From positions 1-15,582 of the forward strand of contig DASROJ010000300.1 in assembly GCA_035646975.1 (NCBI GenBank): DNA of 15,582 nt, read 5' to 3'. Below, in pieces: positions 1 through 10,300 of the stretch. Source of the DNA: Patescibacteria group bacterium. Its GTDB lineage: Bacteria; Acidobacteriota; Polarisedimenticolia; JACPZX01; DASXTC01. How positions within the stretch are numbered: the stretch's first letter is position 1; the number at the start of each line of letters is the position of its first letter. A program made the translations under genes and the position numbers. A model generated the notes under the pieces. That model was not told where the DNA came from. It did not search any database and saw nothing but the letters and a program-made list of their open reading frames with translations.

Positions 1-1
1 G

Positions 2-2113
2 GTGAGGATCTACCGCACCATGTACCTGTCACGGCGCATCGACGACAAGGAGCTGCAGCTCAAGCGGCAGACGAAATACTTCTTCCAGATCAGCGGCGCG
101 GGCCACGAGGCGATTCTCGTGGCCGCGGGCATGACGCTGAAGGCCGGCCACGACTGGTTCTACCCCTATTACCGCGACCGCGCGCTCTGCCTTCAGATTG
201 GCATGACTCCGAAAGAGATGTTCATGGCCGGCGTCGGCGCGGCGGACGACCCGAACTCCGGCGCGCGCCAGATGCCGTCGCACTGGGGCCACCGGCGGCT
301 CAACATCGTCTCGCAATCCAGCCCGACCGGCACGCAGTTCCTCCAGGCGGTGGGCTGCGCCGAGGCGGGCCGGTATCTTGCCGCGATGAAGGACGCCACC
401 CGGCTGGCGGGGCAATTCGAATCCGACGAGATCGCGATGGTGTCGGGTGGCGACGGCGCGGTGGCGGAAGGAGAGTTCACCGAGGCGCTGATGACCGCCT
501 GCGTGCAGCGTCTGCCGGTGCTGTTCCTGATCGAGGACAATGGCTACGCGATTTCCGTTCCCGCATCGGTGCAGACACCGGGGGGCAGCATCAGCAAGGC
601 GATGGCCTCGGTGCCGAACCTTTCCATTGCCGAGGTGGATGGCTGCGATCCGCTGGCGTCGCTGGCCGTGATGCGCGACGTGACCTCGAAGCTCAGACGG
701 CGCGAGTCGGGTCCCTGGCTCGTCCACGCGCATGTGGTGCGTCCCTACTCCCACTCGCAGTCGGACGATGAGCGGTTCTACAAGACCGATGCGGAAAGAA
801 CCGAGGAGGCGCGTCGCGACCCGATCACGCGGTTCGCCGAATGGCTCGTCGCCGAAGGGCATGCCACAGGGGATTTCCTCACCGAAGTCCGCAAGGAGGC
901 CGACGAAGAGATCAACACGGCCGCAGATGAGGCGCTGGCCGAAGCGAAGCCATCCACCGACAGCATTTATGACCATCTCTACTCGGACGGCGTCGACCCC
1001 ACGTCGTCGGAGTTCGACACGCCGTCACAGCCCGCCACCGCGCAGCCTGCCACCAAGCAGTCCGCTGGCGCCGCAAACACGCCCGCGCAGCCCACGACGA
1101 TGGTGGACCTGCTCAACGCCTGCATGCGGGACGAGATGACGCGCGACGAACGGATCGTCGTGTTCGGCGAGGACGTCGCCGACTGCACCGAAGAACACAA
1201 GCTCGGTACGGTCAAGGGAAAGGGGGGCGTCTTCAAGGTCACCTGGGGTCTTCAAACGGCGTTCGGGTCCCGGCGTGTCTTCAATTCGCCGCTGGCCGAG
1301 GCCAACATCATCGGCAGGGCGATCGGCATGGCGACACGAGGGCTCAAGCCGGTGGTGGAGATCCAGTTCTTCGACTATATCTGGCCCGCCTACATGCAGA
1401 TTCGCAACGAGCTGGCCTTGATGAGATGGCGCTCCAACGGGGCCTTCAAATGTCCGGTCGTGGTGCGTGTGCCGATCGGCGGCTACCTCGGTGGCGGCTC
1501 GATCTACCACAGCCAGTCGGGCGAGGTGCTGTTCACTCACCTGCCGGGGCTGCGCGTGGTCATCCCTTCCACGGCCGAAGACGCCAACGGCCTGTTGCGC
1601 ACCGCCATCCGGTGCGACGACCCGGTGATCTTCCTCGAGCACAAGCACCTGTACCGGCAGACCTACAACAAGGGGATCAATCCCGGGCCCGACTACATGA
1701 TCCCGTTCGGCAAGGCAAAGACGGTGTGGCAGGGCGACGACATCACGATCGTCACCTTCGGAGCGCTGGTGGAGCGCAGCGTCCGGGCGGCGAAGAAAGC
1801 CGCCGAGCAGCACGGCCTGTCGGTGGAGGTGATCGATCTGCGGTCGCTGTCCCCCTATGACTGGCAGGCGATCGAGGCGTCGGTGAAAAAGACCGGCAAG
1901 GCGCTGGTGGTCTACGAAGACGTCAAGTCGTTCGGCTACGGCGCGGAGATCGCCGCCCGGATCTCCGACGAGCTGTTCGAATACCTCGATGGCCCGGTGC
2001 GCCGGGTCGCCGCCAAGGACACCTGGGTGGCTTACGAGCCCGGACTCGAGGACGCGATCCTCCCCCAGGAAGCCGACGTGCTTTCCGGCATCGAAGCGCT
2101 GGCGAGGTACTGA
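2..2113 (+). CDS. 2-oxoacid (pyruvate/branched-chain) dehydrogenase E1 component, alpha and beta subunits fused in one polypeptide; 5' end lies outside the window
   Basis: N-terminal half carries the E1-alpha TPP-binding signature ([13 protein letters not shown]...[12 protein letters not shown]; [19 protein letters not shown]). A low-complexity P/T/Q/A linker ([27 protein letters not shown], ~nt 1020-1100) follows. C-terminal half is transketolase-like E1-beta ([13 protein letters not shown]...VFGEDVA...[12 protein letters not shown]...[10 protein letters not shown]...[14 protein letters not shown]). ORF runs from the window edge with no stop; stop TGA at 2111-2113. Confidence 0.85.
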   Translation: MRIYRTMYLSRRIDDKELQLKRQTKYFFQISGAGHEAILVAAGMTLKAGHDWFYPYYRDRALCLQIGMTPKEMFMAGVGAADDPNSGARQMPSHWGHRRLNIVSQSSPTGTQFLQAVGCAEAGRYLAAMKDATRLAGQFESDEIAMVSGGDGAVAEGEFTEALMTACVQRLPVLFLIEDNGYAISVPASVQTPGGSISKAMASVPNLSIAEVDGCDPLASLAVMRDVTSKLRRRESGPWLVHAHVVRPYSHSQSDDERFYKTDAERTEEARRDPITRFAEWLVAEGHATGDFLTEVRKEADEEINTAADEALAEAKPSTDSIYDHLYSDGVDPTSSEFDTPSQPATAQPATKQSAGAANTPAQPTTMVDLLNACMRDEMTRDERIVVFGEDVADCTEEHKLGTVKGKGGVFKVTWGLQTAFGSRRVFNSPLAEANIIGRAIGMATRGLKPVVEIQFFDYIWPAYMQIRNELALMRWRSNGAFKCPVVVRVPIGGYLGGGSIYHSQSGEVLFTHLPGLRVVIPSTAEDANGLLRTAIRCDDPVIFLEHKHLYRQTYNKGINPGPDYMIPFGKAKTVWQGDDITIVTFGALVERSVRAAKKAAEQHGLSVEVIDLRSLSPYDWQAIEASVKKTGKALVVYEDVKSFGYGAEIAARISDELFEYLDGPVRRVAAKDTWVAYEPGLEDAILPQEADVLSGIEALARY

Positions 2114-3279
2114 TGACATCGCCCACCGGCGCGGCCGATCCCCTGCTGAAGTATCGCGCCGAGTTCCCGATCCTCGAGCATTACACCTACATGATCTCGC
2201 ACTCGCTCGGCGCGATGCCTCGCGGGGTGCACGAGCGGCTGCGCGAGTACGCCGACCTGTGGAACCAGCGCGGCATCCAGGCGTGGGAAGACGGCTGGTG
2301 GGAGATGCCGTCGAAGGTCGGCGACGTGCTGGGACGGATCATCGGGGCGCAACCCGGCACGATCACGATGCACCAGAACGTCTCGGTGGCCGAGGCCATC
2401 ATCGCCTCGGCGCTGGATTTCAGCACGCCACGCAACAAGGTGGTCTACACCGACATGAACTTCCCCTCCGTGATGTACGTGTGGGAGGCGCGGCGGCGGC
2501 TCGGCGCCCGCGTCCACATGGTCAAGTCGGATGACGGCATCACCATCGACACGGACAAGTTGATCGCCGCCATCGATGAAGAGACGCTGGTCGTGCCCAT
2601 CTCGCACGTGCTGTTCCGCAGCGCCTTCATCCAGGACGTGGCCGCCGTCGTCGAGAAGGCCGAGAAGGTCGGCGCCCTGGTGGTGCTGGACTGCTACCAG
2701 TCGGCCGGCACGGTCCCGTTCAGCCTGAAGGATCTCCGCGTGCACTTCGCGGTAGGCGGGTCGGTGAAGTGGCTGCTCGGCGGCCCGGGCGCCGGCTACC
2801 TGTACGTGCGCCCCGACCTGGTCGACAAGTACGAGCCGGCGATCACCGGTTGGGCCGCGCACGCCCACCCGTTCGACTTCAAGATCGGGCCGATCGATTA
2901 CGCCGACGGCATCATGCGGTGGATGCACGGCACGCCCGCCATCGCGCCGCTTTATCAATGCCTGCCGGGCTACATGATGGTGGCGGAGATCGGCGTGGAG
3001 GCGATCAGGGCCAAGTCGATGCGCCAGACGGCGCGGATGATCGAAAGAGCGCGCGGCAGGGGGATGCGGATCAACAGCCCGCTCGAACCATCGCGGCGCG
3101 GCGGCAGCGTGGTGGTGGACGTGCCCGAAGGGTACAGCGTCTGCCAGGAGCTGATCCGACGCAAGTTCCTGGTGGATTATCGGCCCGGGGCCGGCGTGCG
3201 GGTGGCTCCGCACTTCTATTCCACCGACGAGGAGTGCGACGCCACCATCGACGAGATGGCCAGGGTGGCCGGTCGATGA
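2113..3279 (+). CDS. kynU: kynureninase (PLP-dependent, aminotransferase class V fold)
   Basis: 388 aa. N-terminal pattern YRAEFPILE...YMISHSLGAMP...LWNQRGIQAWEDGWWEMP and PLP-lysine context VGGSVKWLLGGPGAGYLYV are typical of bacterial kynureninases. Start ATG 2113 overlaps the upstream stop (ATGA). Confidence 0.82.
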   Translation: MTSPTGAADPLLKYRAEFPILEHYTYMISHSLGAMPRGVHERLREYADLWNQRGIQAWEDGWWEMPSKVGDVLGRIIGAQPGTITMHQNVSVAEAIIASALDFSTPRNKVVYTDMNFPSVMYVWEARRRLGARVHMVKSDDGITIDTDKLIAAIDEETLVVPISHVLFRSAFIQDVAAVVEKAEKVGALVVLDCYQSAGTVPFSLKDLRVHFAVGGSVKWLLGGPGAGYLYVRPDLVDKYEPAITGWAAHAHPFDFKIGPIDYADGIMRWMHGTPAIAPLYQCLPGYMMVAEIGVEAIRAKSMRQTARMIERARGRGMRINSPLEPSRRGGSVVVDVPEGYSVCQELIRRKFLVDYRPGAGVRVAPHFYSTDEECDATIDEMARVAGR

Positions 3280-4079
3280 AGCCCAAGGCCTCGAGCTACC
3301 AGGAGTATCTCAGGATCCGCGAGCTGCTCGGGCTGCAGCAGCGGCTCTCGGACCCGCTGCACCACGACGAGATGCTCTTCATCGTCATCCACCAGGTCTA
3401 CGAGCTCTGGTTCCGCGAGATGATCCACGAAATCGGCGAGGTGATGTCGGCGCTCGGGGTGGGAAAGGTCCGGCGCGCGACGCGTCTTTATCGACGGCTG
3501 ATCGAGATCCAGCGGGTGCTCATCCAGCAGATCTCGGTTCTCGAGACGATGACGCCGTCCGATTTCAACGAGTTCCGCGACCTGCTCAATCCGGCCTCGG
3601 GGTTCCAGTCGGGGCAGTTCCGGGAGCTCGAGTTCCTCTCGGGGATGAAGGACCCCTCGCTGCTGAAGATGCCGATTCTCGATGCCGAGGCGCGCGAGCT
3701 GCTGAAGCAACGGCTCGATGCGCCCACCCTGCTCGATGCGTTCGACGAGCTGCTGCGCGCGCGAGGATTCGCGATGCCGGCGCCCGGCGCGGCGGGCATG
3801 TCCGAGGCGCGTCTGGTCGCGTTGAAGACGGTGTACGACCATCACGACGATCACGACGACCTGTACCAGCTCAGCGAGGCGATGATCGAGTACGACGAGA
3901 ATTTCCAGCTCTGGCGCTATCACCACATCCGGATGGTGGAGCGGATGATCGGCCGCAAGCCCGGCACCGGCGGCAGCGAAGGTGTCGGCTATCTCGCGAA
4001 GACCCTCGACAAGCGGTGCTTCCCCGAGCTGTGGGAGGTGCGCACGCGGCTGTCGGGCGGCGGCGGGTACGGCGCGTAG
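3276..4079 (+). CDS. kynA: tryptophan 2,3-dioxygenase
   Basis: 267 aa. Hallmark TDO motifs HHDEMLFIVIHQVYELWFREMIHE and WRYHHIRMVERMIGRKPGTGGSEGVGYL. ATG 3276 overlaps the kynU stop (ATGA at 3276-3279). The upstream in-frame extension to 2769 lies inside kynU and is not coding. Stop TAG at 4077-4079. Confidence 0.85.
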   Translation: MKPKASSYQEYLRIRELLGLQQRLSDPLHHDEMLFIVIHQVYELWFREMIHEIGEVMSALGVGKVRRATRLYRRLIEIQRVLIQQISVLETMTPSDFNEFRDLLNPASGFQSGQFRELEFLSGMKDPSLLKMPILDAEARELLKQRLDAPTLLDAFDELLRARGFAMPAPGAAGMSEARLVALKTVYDHHDDHDDLYQLSEAMIEYDENFQLWRYHHIRMVERMIGRKPGTGGSEGVGYLAKTLDKRCFPELWEVRTRLSGGGGYGA

Positions 4080-4080
4080 C

Positions 4081-4300
4081 GCGCTGAGTCAGTGGTCCTT
4101 GAATTCATGCCCGGCCCTCTCCGGCGAGGTGACACCCTCTTGGGGTCGGGTTGCGCGTCGCCCCGGGCGACGCGCCCCCTACCCCTCCTTCGCCTGCCGC
4201 GCCCGGCGCGGCAACCGGCTCAGTCCGGGAGTACCCCTTCGAGAGTGTCACCTCGCCGGAGACAGGCTCCGAGTCATTTACAAGACCTCTGGCTCAGCGC
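4081..4300. other. 220-nt nested inverted-repeat structured element between convergent stop codons (candidate structured ncRNA, MITE/REP-like palindromic element, or elaborate bidirectional terminator)
   Basis: Outer stem 4081-4092 gcgctgagtcag pairs with 4289-4300 ctggctcagcgc (12 bp, 1 wobble/mismatch). Second stem 4119-4139 ctccggcgaggtgacaccctc pairs with 4241-4261 gagagtgtcacctcgccggag (20/21). gggg 4142-4145 pairs with cccc 4234-4237. Three internal GC hairpins: 4153-4175 (10-bp stem), 4195-4213 (7-8 bp), 4215-4228 (ccgg/ccgg). It starts 1 nt after the kynA stop and ends 12 nt before the stop of the convergent gene. Confidence 0.4.
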
Positions 4301-4312
4301 GTTATCCACCGG

Positions 4313-5737
4313 CTACCCTCCCGGCGCGCGGACGAGCGCCACGTAACCTGCCTGGCTGCCGGCGATCTGGAACGCGCCGAGGTCGAGGCGCGGGTCGGCG
4401 CGGGCCTTCTCGAGCCGCTGCACCGTCATCACGATCGTGACGCCTGCATCGCGCGGGATCTCAGCGAGCAGCCGGCGAAGCTCCTTGCCGCTTGCCACCC
4501 ACTGCACCGGCCTGCCGGAGTAGAAGACGAGGCTCGGGCGATACAGCCTGTACGAGATCAGGATGTCATCGTTCCGATGCGAGAGATCGGCCGACAGTGC
4601 CAGCTCCTTCAGGCTGCGATCGCGTGACAGCGGATTGGAAACGACGAACACCGCAACGATGAGCGCGCAGCCCATGACGGTCGACACTGTCAATGTGAGC
4701 CGCCGCGGAAGCCACCGCACTGCCAGCAGCGCCAGCGCCGGAGCGGCCGGCAGCAGGTATGCGTCGTTCTTGTCGGCGGGCAGGCTGAAGAAGAAAAGGG
4801 TGCCGATGAGCCAGCAGAGCAGGAACAGCGTCGCGGGGTCGCGTGGGCGTGGCGCTTTGACCGCCTTGATAAAGATGAAGGGAGCAGCCAGCGACCAGGG
4901 GAAGAGGGTCGCCCACCAGGTGAGCAGGTAGTAATAGGAAGGCCTCGGGTGATCGAGCCCCCAGACCGACCGTTCGAGCGCCTCCCGTCGCAGCAGCTCG
5001 ACGATGCCGCCGGCGCCGATCCGCCCCGCCAGTCCGGCCACCCAGGGCCCGGCCACCAGCGCCACCCCCGTGATGGCGAGCAGCATGCCACGCCACGTCG
5101 TCATTCCCCGCCCGCGCGAGAGCAGCGTGATGGCGAGGATGATCAGGCCCGCCAGCGCGAGACCCACCGGACCCTTGGCCAGCGCCGCCAGCCCGATGGA
5201 AGCCGACGCGGCCCAGGCGAGCCGCCGACGGGCGGCGCCGGTCTGCGAGATGGCTTCGTGCCAGAGCAGCAGCGCGGCGGTGACGCACAGGCAGAGCAGC
5301 ATGTCGGTGATGGCGAGCCGCGCGCAGGCAAAGAAGAGCAGCGTCACGCCCAGCGCGGCGGCGGCCGGGCCGCCTGAGCCGGCGCCGATGTTTCGTTCGG
5401 CCCACCAGGCCACCAGCATCAGGGTGGCCAGGGCGGCGAGCAACGACGGCAGCCGGGCAGATATCTCCGATGCCCCCAGCATCACAAACGAAGCTGACTG
5501 CGTCCAGTAGATCAGCGGCGGCTTGCTCAGACGGGGCTCGCCGTTGAAGTGGGGCACGATGATGTCGCCATCGCGCGCCATTTCACGCGACGCTTCCGCG
5601 TACCGCGCCTCGTCCGGGTCGGTCAGCGCGATGCGGCCAGGCGCGAGTGAAACCACCGCCGCGGTGGCCAGCAGCCAGACCCAGCTGCTCCTCGGTAATC
5701 CGGGCGAACGGGCAGGCGGCGAAGACATCGCGCGCAT
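4313..5737 (-). CDS. ArnT/PMT-family (GT-C fold, GT39/GT83-like) polyprenyl-phosphate-sugar dependent glycosyltransferase, polytopic membrane protein
   Basis: Conserved periplasmic-loop motif [39 protein letters not shown] at the N-terminus, followed by more than 10 hydrophobic segments and a soluble C-terminal domain. Start chosen at ATG 5737 (MRAMSSPP...); alternative ATG 5728. The ORF-track start at 5926 would overlap the divergent ADH gene. Confidence 0.75.
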   Translation of the reverse strand: MRAMSSPPARSPGLPRSSWVWLLATAAVVSLAPGRIALTDPDEARYAEASREMARDGDIIVPHFNGEPRLSKPPLIYWTQSASFVMLGASEISARLPSLLAALATLMLVAWWAERNIGAGSGGPAAAALGVTLLFFACARLAITDMLLCLCVTAALLLWHEAISQTGAARRRLAWAASASIGLAALAKGPVGLALAGLIILAITLLSRGRGMTTWRGMLLAITGVALVAGPWVAGLAGRIGAGGIVELLRREALERSVWGLDHPRPSYYYLLTWWATLFPWSLAAPFIFIKAVKAPRPRDPATLFLLCWLIGTLFFFSLPADKNDAYLLPAAPALALLAVRWLPRRLTLTVSTVMGCALIVAVFVVSNPLSRDRSLKELALSADLSHRNDDILISYRLYRPSLVFYSGRPVQWVASGKELRRLLAEIPRDAGVTIVMTVQRLEKARADPRLDLGAFQIAGSQAGYVALVRAPGG

Positions 5738-5785
5738 CTTACCCCGCCCCGGCACCTTCCATGGCCCCGCGTTATGATGTCGACG

Positions 5786-6802
5786 ATGAAAGCCGCGCTG
5801 GTCAATCATCCTGCGTCGATCGACACCCGGCCGCTCGCCCTGGTCGATGTGCCCGACCCGGTGCCGGGTCCGGACGAGCTGCTGGTCAAGGTGAGCGCCT
5901 GCGGCGTCTGCCGGACCGACCTGCATGTCGTGGAAGGGGATCTTCCGGTCCGTAAATCACCGGTGGTCCCGGGGCATCAGATCGTCGGCCGGGTGGAGTC
6001 GCACGGCGCGGCGGTGCATGGATTCGCCCGCGGGGACCGTGTGGGCGTTGCCTGGCTTCATCGCACATGCGGTGTCTGCCGGTTCTGTGTGACCGGGCGG
6101 GAGAACCTGTGCGACGCGGCCGGGTTCACCGGCTGGACGGTGGATGGCGGATATGCCGAGCGGGTCGTCGCTTCTTCCGCGTTCACGTACCGGCTTCCGG
6201 AAGCGCTCGACGACACGCAGGCGGCGCCGCTGCTTTGCGCCGGGATCATCGGCTACCGGGCGCTGCGGCTGACCGGCTGCGGTGACAACGGTCGAGGCTG
6301 GGCCGGGGCGCGCCTGGGAATCTACGGGTTCGGGGCGGCGGGGCATGTCGCAATCCAGGTGGCCCGCTTCCGCGGCGCCGAAGTCTACGTCTGCACGAGG
6401 GACCGGGAGCGCCACCAGCATCTGGCCGCGGATCTGGGCGCCACCTGGGTGGGAGGCTCCGAAGAAACGCCACCGGTTGCGCTGGATGCCGCCGTCATTT
6501 TTGCGCCCGCCGGCGAGCTGGTGCCGGTGGCGCTCGCCGCGCTGGACAAGTCGGGCGTCCTCGTGCTGGGAGGCATCCACATGAGCGCGATCCCGCGGCT
6601 CGACTACAGCCTGCTCTACGGCGAGCGGGTCGTCCGCACCGTGGCCAACAACACGCGGGAGGACGGCAGGCTTTTTCTCGAAGAGGCGGCCCGAGTCCCG
6701 GTGCGCGCCGAGGTGCGGACCTTCGCGCTGGGCGAGGCCAACGACGCGCTGATCGCGCTGAAGCACGACGCCATCCGCGGAGCCGGCGTGCTGGTTATCT
6801 GA
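5786..6802 (+). CDS. Zn-dependent alcohol dehydrogenase, medium-chain dehydrogenase/reductase family
   Basis: Catalytic-Zn motif CGVCRTDLH and GHQIVGRV. Structural-Zn motif with 4 Cys ([15 protein letters not shown]). Rossmann motif [11 protein letters not shown]. Start uncertain: MKAALV at 5786 chosen; in-frame ATGs at 5774 and 5777 also possible. Stop TGA 6800-6802. Confidence 0.8.
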   Translation: MKAALVNHPASIDTRPLALVDVPDPVPGPDELLVKVSACGVCRTDLHVVEGDLPVRKSPVVPGHQIVGRVESHGAAVHGFARGDRVGVAWLHRTCGVCRFCVTGRENLCDAAGFTGWTVDGGYAERVVASSAFTYRLPEALDDTQAAPLLCAGIIGYRALRLTGCGDNGRGWAGARLGIYGFGAAGHVAIQVARFRGAEVYVCTRDRERHQHLAADLGATWVGGSEETPPVALDAAVIFAPAGELVPVALAALDKSGVLVLGGIHMSAIPRLDYSLLYGERVVRTVANNTREDGRLFLEEAARVPVRAEVRTFALGEANDALIALKHDAIRGAGVLVI

Positions 6803-7310
6803 TCTCTGCCAGCACGCGAACGATTTCCCGGCAGAAGGCGGGCAGATCGTCGGGCTTGCGTGAGGTGACCAGGTTGCCGTCGCGCACGACCTCCTCGTCG
6901 ACGAACTGCGCTCCAGCGTTCACCATGTCGTCGCGGATTGCCTGGTACGACGTCAGACGCCGCCCCCGCGCCACACCGGAAGATGCGAGCACCCAGCCTC
7001 CGTGACAGATCGACGCCACCAGCCGGCGCGCTTCGAACAGCTCCTTGACGAGCCGCAGCACCGCCGGGTCCTGGCGCAGCCGGTCGGGCGCCCATCCACC
7101 GGGGATGACCACGCCAATGAACTCGTCGCTGCGGACTTCCGACGCGGCGGCCTGCGCCTTGACCGGGTAGCCCAGTTTCGACTTGTACTCGATGGCCCTC
7201 GGCCCGACGATTACGGTTTCGTATCCTTCTTCACGCAGGCGGTACATCGGCACCCAGACTTCCATCTCCTGGTAATCGTTCTCGACCAGGATTGCGATCT
7301 TCCTGCTCAT
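6795..7310 (-). CDS. DJ-1/PfpI family protein (class I glutamine amidotransferase-like; intracellular protease/glyoxalase/deglycase family)
   Basis: 171 aa beginning [17 protein letters not shown]. Nucleophile-elbow cysteine in [13 protein letters not shown] Shine-Dalgarno 5 nt upstream of ATG on the minus strand (7316-7320). The 3' end overlaps the convergent ADH gene by 8 bp. Confidence 0.85.
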   Translation of the reverse strand: MSRKIAILVENDYQEMEVWVPMYRLREEGYETVIVGPRAIEYKSKLGYPVKAQAAASEVRSDEFIGVVIPGGWAPDRLRQDPAVLRLVKELFEARRLVASICHGGWVLASSGVARGRRLTSYQAIRDDMVNAGAQFVDEEVVRDGNLVTSRKPDDLPAFCREIVRVLAEIR

Positions 7311-7366
7311 GCCAGCCTCCGTTGACTGTGGTATCGTCGTCGAACGTTACCACACGAGGGGTCGAT

Positions 7367-10300
7367 GTGAAGTCGAAGATGACACGAACCCGCATGGCTC
7401 TGCTGACGCTGGCGCTGCTGGTGGTGTTGTATGGCGCCGCTTCGATGCGCCGGCTGGAAGCCACCGACGCCATGATGGTCGTCGACCTCCCGCTGCTCGG
7501 CACCTCCCCGGTGATCGCGCAGCCGGGATGGCACCTGGTGCCCCTGTTTCTCGGACGCGTGTCGCATTACCCCGCCTCGCCGGTCAAGCTGAGCGTCAGC
7601 CTGAGCGGGCCTCAGGCAGCCCGCACCCGTGAAGGGGCCACCGTCGAGCTGGCGGCGGAGCTGACCTATTCCATCCCGGCCGACAGGCTGCTCGCGCTGC
7701 ATCGCGCGCACGGACCGGGATACGAGTCGGACTGGCTGATACCTCTGGTCAAGACCGAGACGGCCGCGCGGGTCGGCGCCGTTTCCTTCGAGCTGGTCCG
7801 CAACCGCGACCCGGAGCTGGCCAGGGGTCTGCGCGCCCGGCTCGACGAGCTGATGACGAAGGACGGGCCGCGCATCGAATCGCTGCGGGTGGCTCAAACC
7901 GCCGGTGTTGGAGAGTCCTCGGGGGGAATCCTGCAGGTGAGCGGCAAGCCGGCTGATCGCGATCTGGTGATCATCGGCGTGGACTCGTTCGACTGGCGGC
8001 TCATCGACCCGCTGATGAAGCAGGGCAGGATGCCCAACATGGCGCGGCTGATCCAGCGCGGGGTGCGGGCGAACCTGCGCACCATCCGTCCGATTCTCTC
8101 CCCGGTGATCTGGACCAGCATCGCCACGGGCGTCAAGCCGTCGCGCCACGGGATCGCCGATTTCGTCGTGACGGCACGGGACACCGGGGCGCTCGTCCCG
8201 GTCACGAGCAGCATGCGTCAGGTCCCCGCGCTCTGGAACCTGATGAGCCGCCAGGGGATTGACGTCAACGTGATCGCCTGGTGGGCCACATGGCCGGCCG
8301 AGACGGTGCGTGGCAGCGTGGTGACCGACCGTGTGGCGTTTCAGCTCTTCGAGAAGTCGATCAAGGACGACTGGAAATCCACCGACCCGGCAAAGAAGAA
8401 GGGGAAGACCTACCCGGCGGGCCTGTTCGACGAGTTGGCGCCGCTGATCGTGGCGCCGAACGAGATCACCGACCAGGAAGTGGGATGGTTCCTGCCGCAG
8501 GGCAGGATTCCACCGTCGGCAACACCCGACCAGCGCGAGCAGCTCGACGCGCTGCGCACCGTCATCGCCGCGGGCGAGACCTATCACCGGATCGCCCTGA
8601 AGCAGTTCAAGACGTCAGGCGCGCGGCTCAGGATGGTCTACTACGAGGGTCCCGACGAAGCCTCGCACCTGTTCATGCGATACAGGCCGCCGCTGCTGGC
8701 CGGTGTGAACCCCGCCGACATGGATCTGTTCGGGTCGATCGTGGAGAAGTACTACGAACGGCAGGATCGGTACATCGGCGAAATCGTCGACGCGGTGGGT
8801 CCCGGCGCCACGATCATCCTGGCCTCCGATCATGGCTTCAAGTCGGACAACAACCGGCCACCGAACAGCGACCCGAGAATCGGCAAAGGGGATGCGGCCG
8901 AGTGGCACACCCCGGTCGGCGTGCTCGTCATGGCGGGGCCCGCCATCAGGGCGGGCGCCGACATCGGGGCCGCCTCGGTGCTCGACATCGCACCCACCTC
9001 GCTCGTGCTGTTCGGTCTTCCGGCAACGCGTGACATGGATGGACAACCGCTCGAAGAGGCGCTGGATCCGGTCTTCCTCCGCCAGCATCCGGTCGCCTGG
9101 ATCGACAGCTATGGCGGCGCCCGGCAGCCGGGCCAGGAAATGGCCGCCGGTTCGGAGGCCGAAGCCGGAGCCGGGGCCGGCGATGCCGAGATGATCGAGA
9201 AGCTCCGGTCGCTCGGATACATCGGCGAGGAACAGATGACGGCGCACAACAATCGCGGGATGATGGCGATCGACGACGGGGACTTCGACGGCGCGATCGC
9301 GGAATTCGAGCGGGGTCTCGCCTCGAAGAGCGACGCCGCTCCGCTCATCCAGGCCAACCTTGCGAGCGCCTTCCTGCAGAAGGGGGATCTCGACAAGGCA
9401 CGCAGCACCGCCGAGCAGTCGCTCGCGGGGAATCCACGCAACAAAGGGGCCATGATGGTCCTGGCGGGTGTCGCCATGAAGCGCGGCGATCCAGCCGAAG
9501 CGGTGCGTCAGCTTCGTCGTGCCATCCAGGTGGATCCGACGTTCGTGCCGGCCCACGCGAAGCTGGGCGAGGTGCTACAGAAAATGGGCGACGACACCGC
9601 GGCGCTCGCCGAGTTCGAAAAGGTCGTGGAGATTTCGCCCCTGAGCGCCGTGGAGTACAACAACATCGGCAACATCCACCGCAAACGGGGGGATGTCGAT
9701 CGCGCGATGCAGGCGTTTCGCGATGCCATCAAGGCGGACGCCCAGTACATCGGGGCCTACAACAACCTGGGTCTCTGCCTGCAGGACAAGGGGAAGCTCG
9801 CCGAGGCGAAGGATTTGTACGAGAAGGCTCTCGTCATCCGGCCCGATAACGCGATCCTGCTCAACAGCCTGGGAACGCTGCTGGAGCTGCAGGGGAATCA
9901 TGCGGGCGCCATCGCCCAGGTCGAGCGGGCGGCAAAGGCAGACCCGAACTGGGCGGTGGCTGCCGGCAACCTCGCCACGCTTTATTTCGAAGCGGGTCGC
10001 ATGGCCGATGCAAGACCGATGTTCGAGAGCTGGACCCGTCTCGAGCCGGCCTCGGCCGAGGCGCGTCTGGGACTCGCGCTCACATTGCTGATGTCGCAGC
10101 AGCGGGACGAGGCGATCAAGCAGTTCGACGAGGTGCTGCGTCTCGATCCGGCCAACATCCGCGCGCACATCGCGCTTGGCGAGACGCTGGCCCGCGGAGG
10201 GCAGCTCGACAAGGCCCAGAGCCACCTGGAGCGGGCGGTGCAGCTCGATCCGCGAATTCCCCGCGTCTACAACACGCTGGGAGAGATCTACCTCAAGCGG

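Noticed and set aside
1025-2119. Long minus-strand ORFs antisense to real genes (1025-2119, 2032-3213, 4566-5405, 5957-6766, 7307-8587, 8615-9556, 11779-12693, 12690-13553, 14719-15453)
   Set aside because: In ~70% GC DNA stop codons are rare on the antisense strand of genes. Their translations are Arg/Pro/Gly/His-rich low-complexity strings with no recognisable motifs. Each is fully embedded opposite a well-supported CDS.
2769-3275. In-frame upstream extension of the kynA ORF (track start 2769)
   Set aside because: It lies entirely inside kynU and translates to an Arg/Gly/Pro-rich nonsense sequence. A proper ATG at 3276 overlaps the kynU stop in the typical coupled arrangement.
4153-4175. 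Calling the 10-bp GC hairpin 4153-4175 a simple rho-independent terminator for kynA
   Set aside because: It is followed by ccccctacccctcc rather than a U-tract and is nested inside larger inverted repeats. It is treated as part of the composite element instead.
3982-4627. Small plus-strand ORFs (3982-4440, 4092-4346, 4151-4627) spanning the structured intergenic element
   Set aside because: They run through the inverted-repeat element and into the antisense of the ArnT-like gene. Their composition is Arg/Pro/Ala-rich, typical of GC-driven spurious ORFs.
7292-7366. ORF-track start ATG 7292 for the giant protein
   Set aside because: It overlaps the 5' end of the divergent DJ-1/PfpI gene (start 7310) and adds a Cys/Ser-rich non-native peptide. 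GTG 7367 (with GAGGGG upstream) or ATG 7379 precedes the signal-anchor directly.
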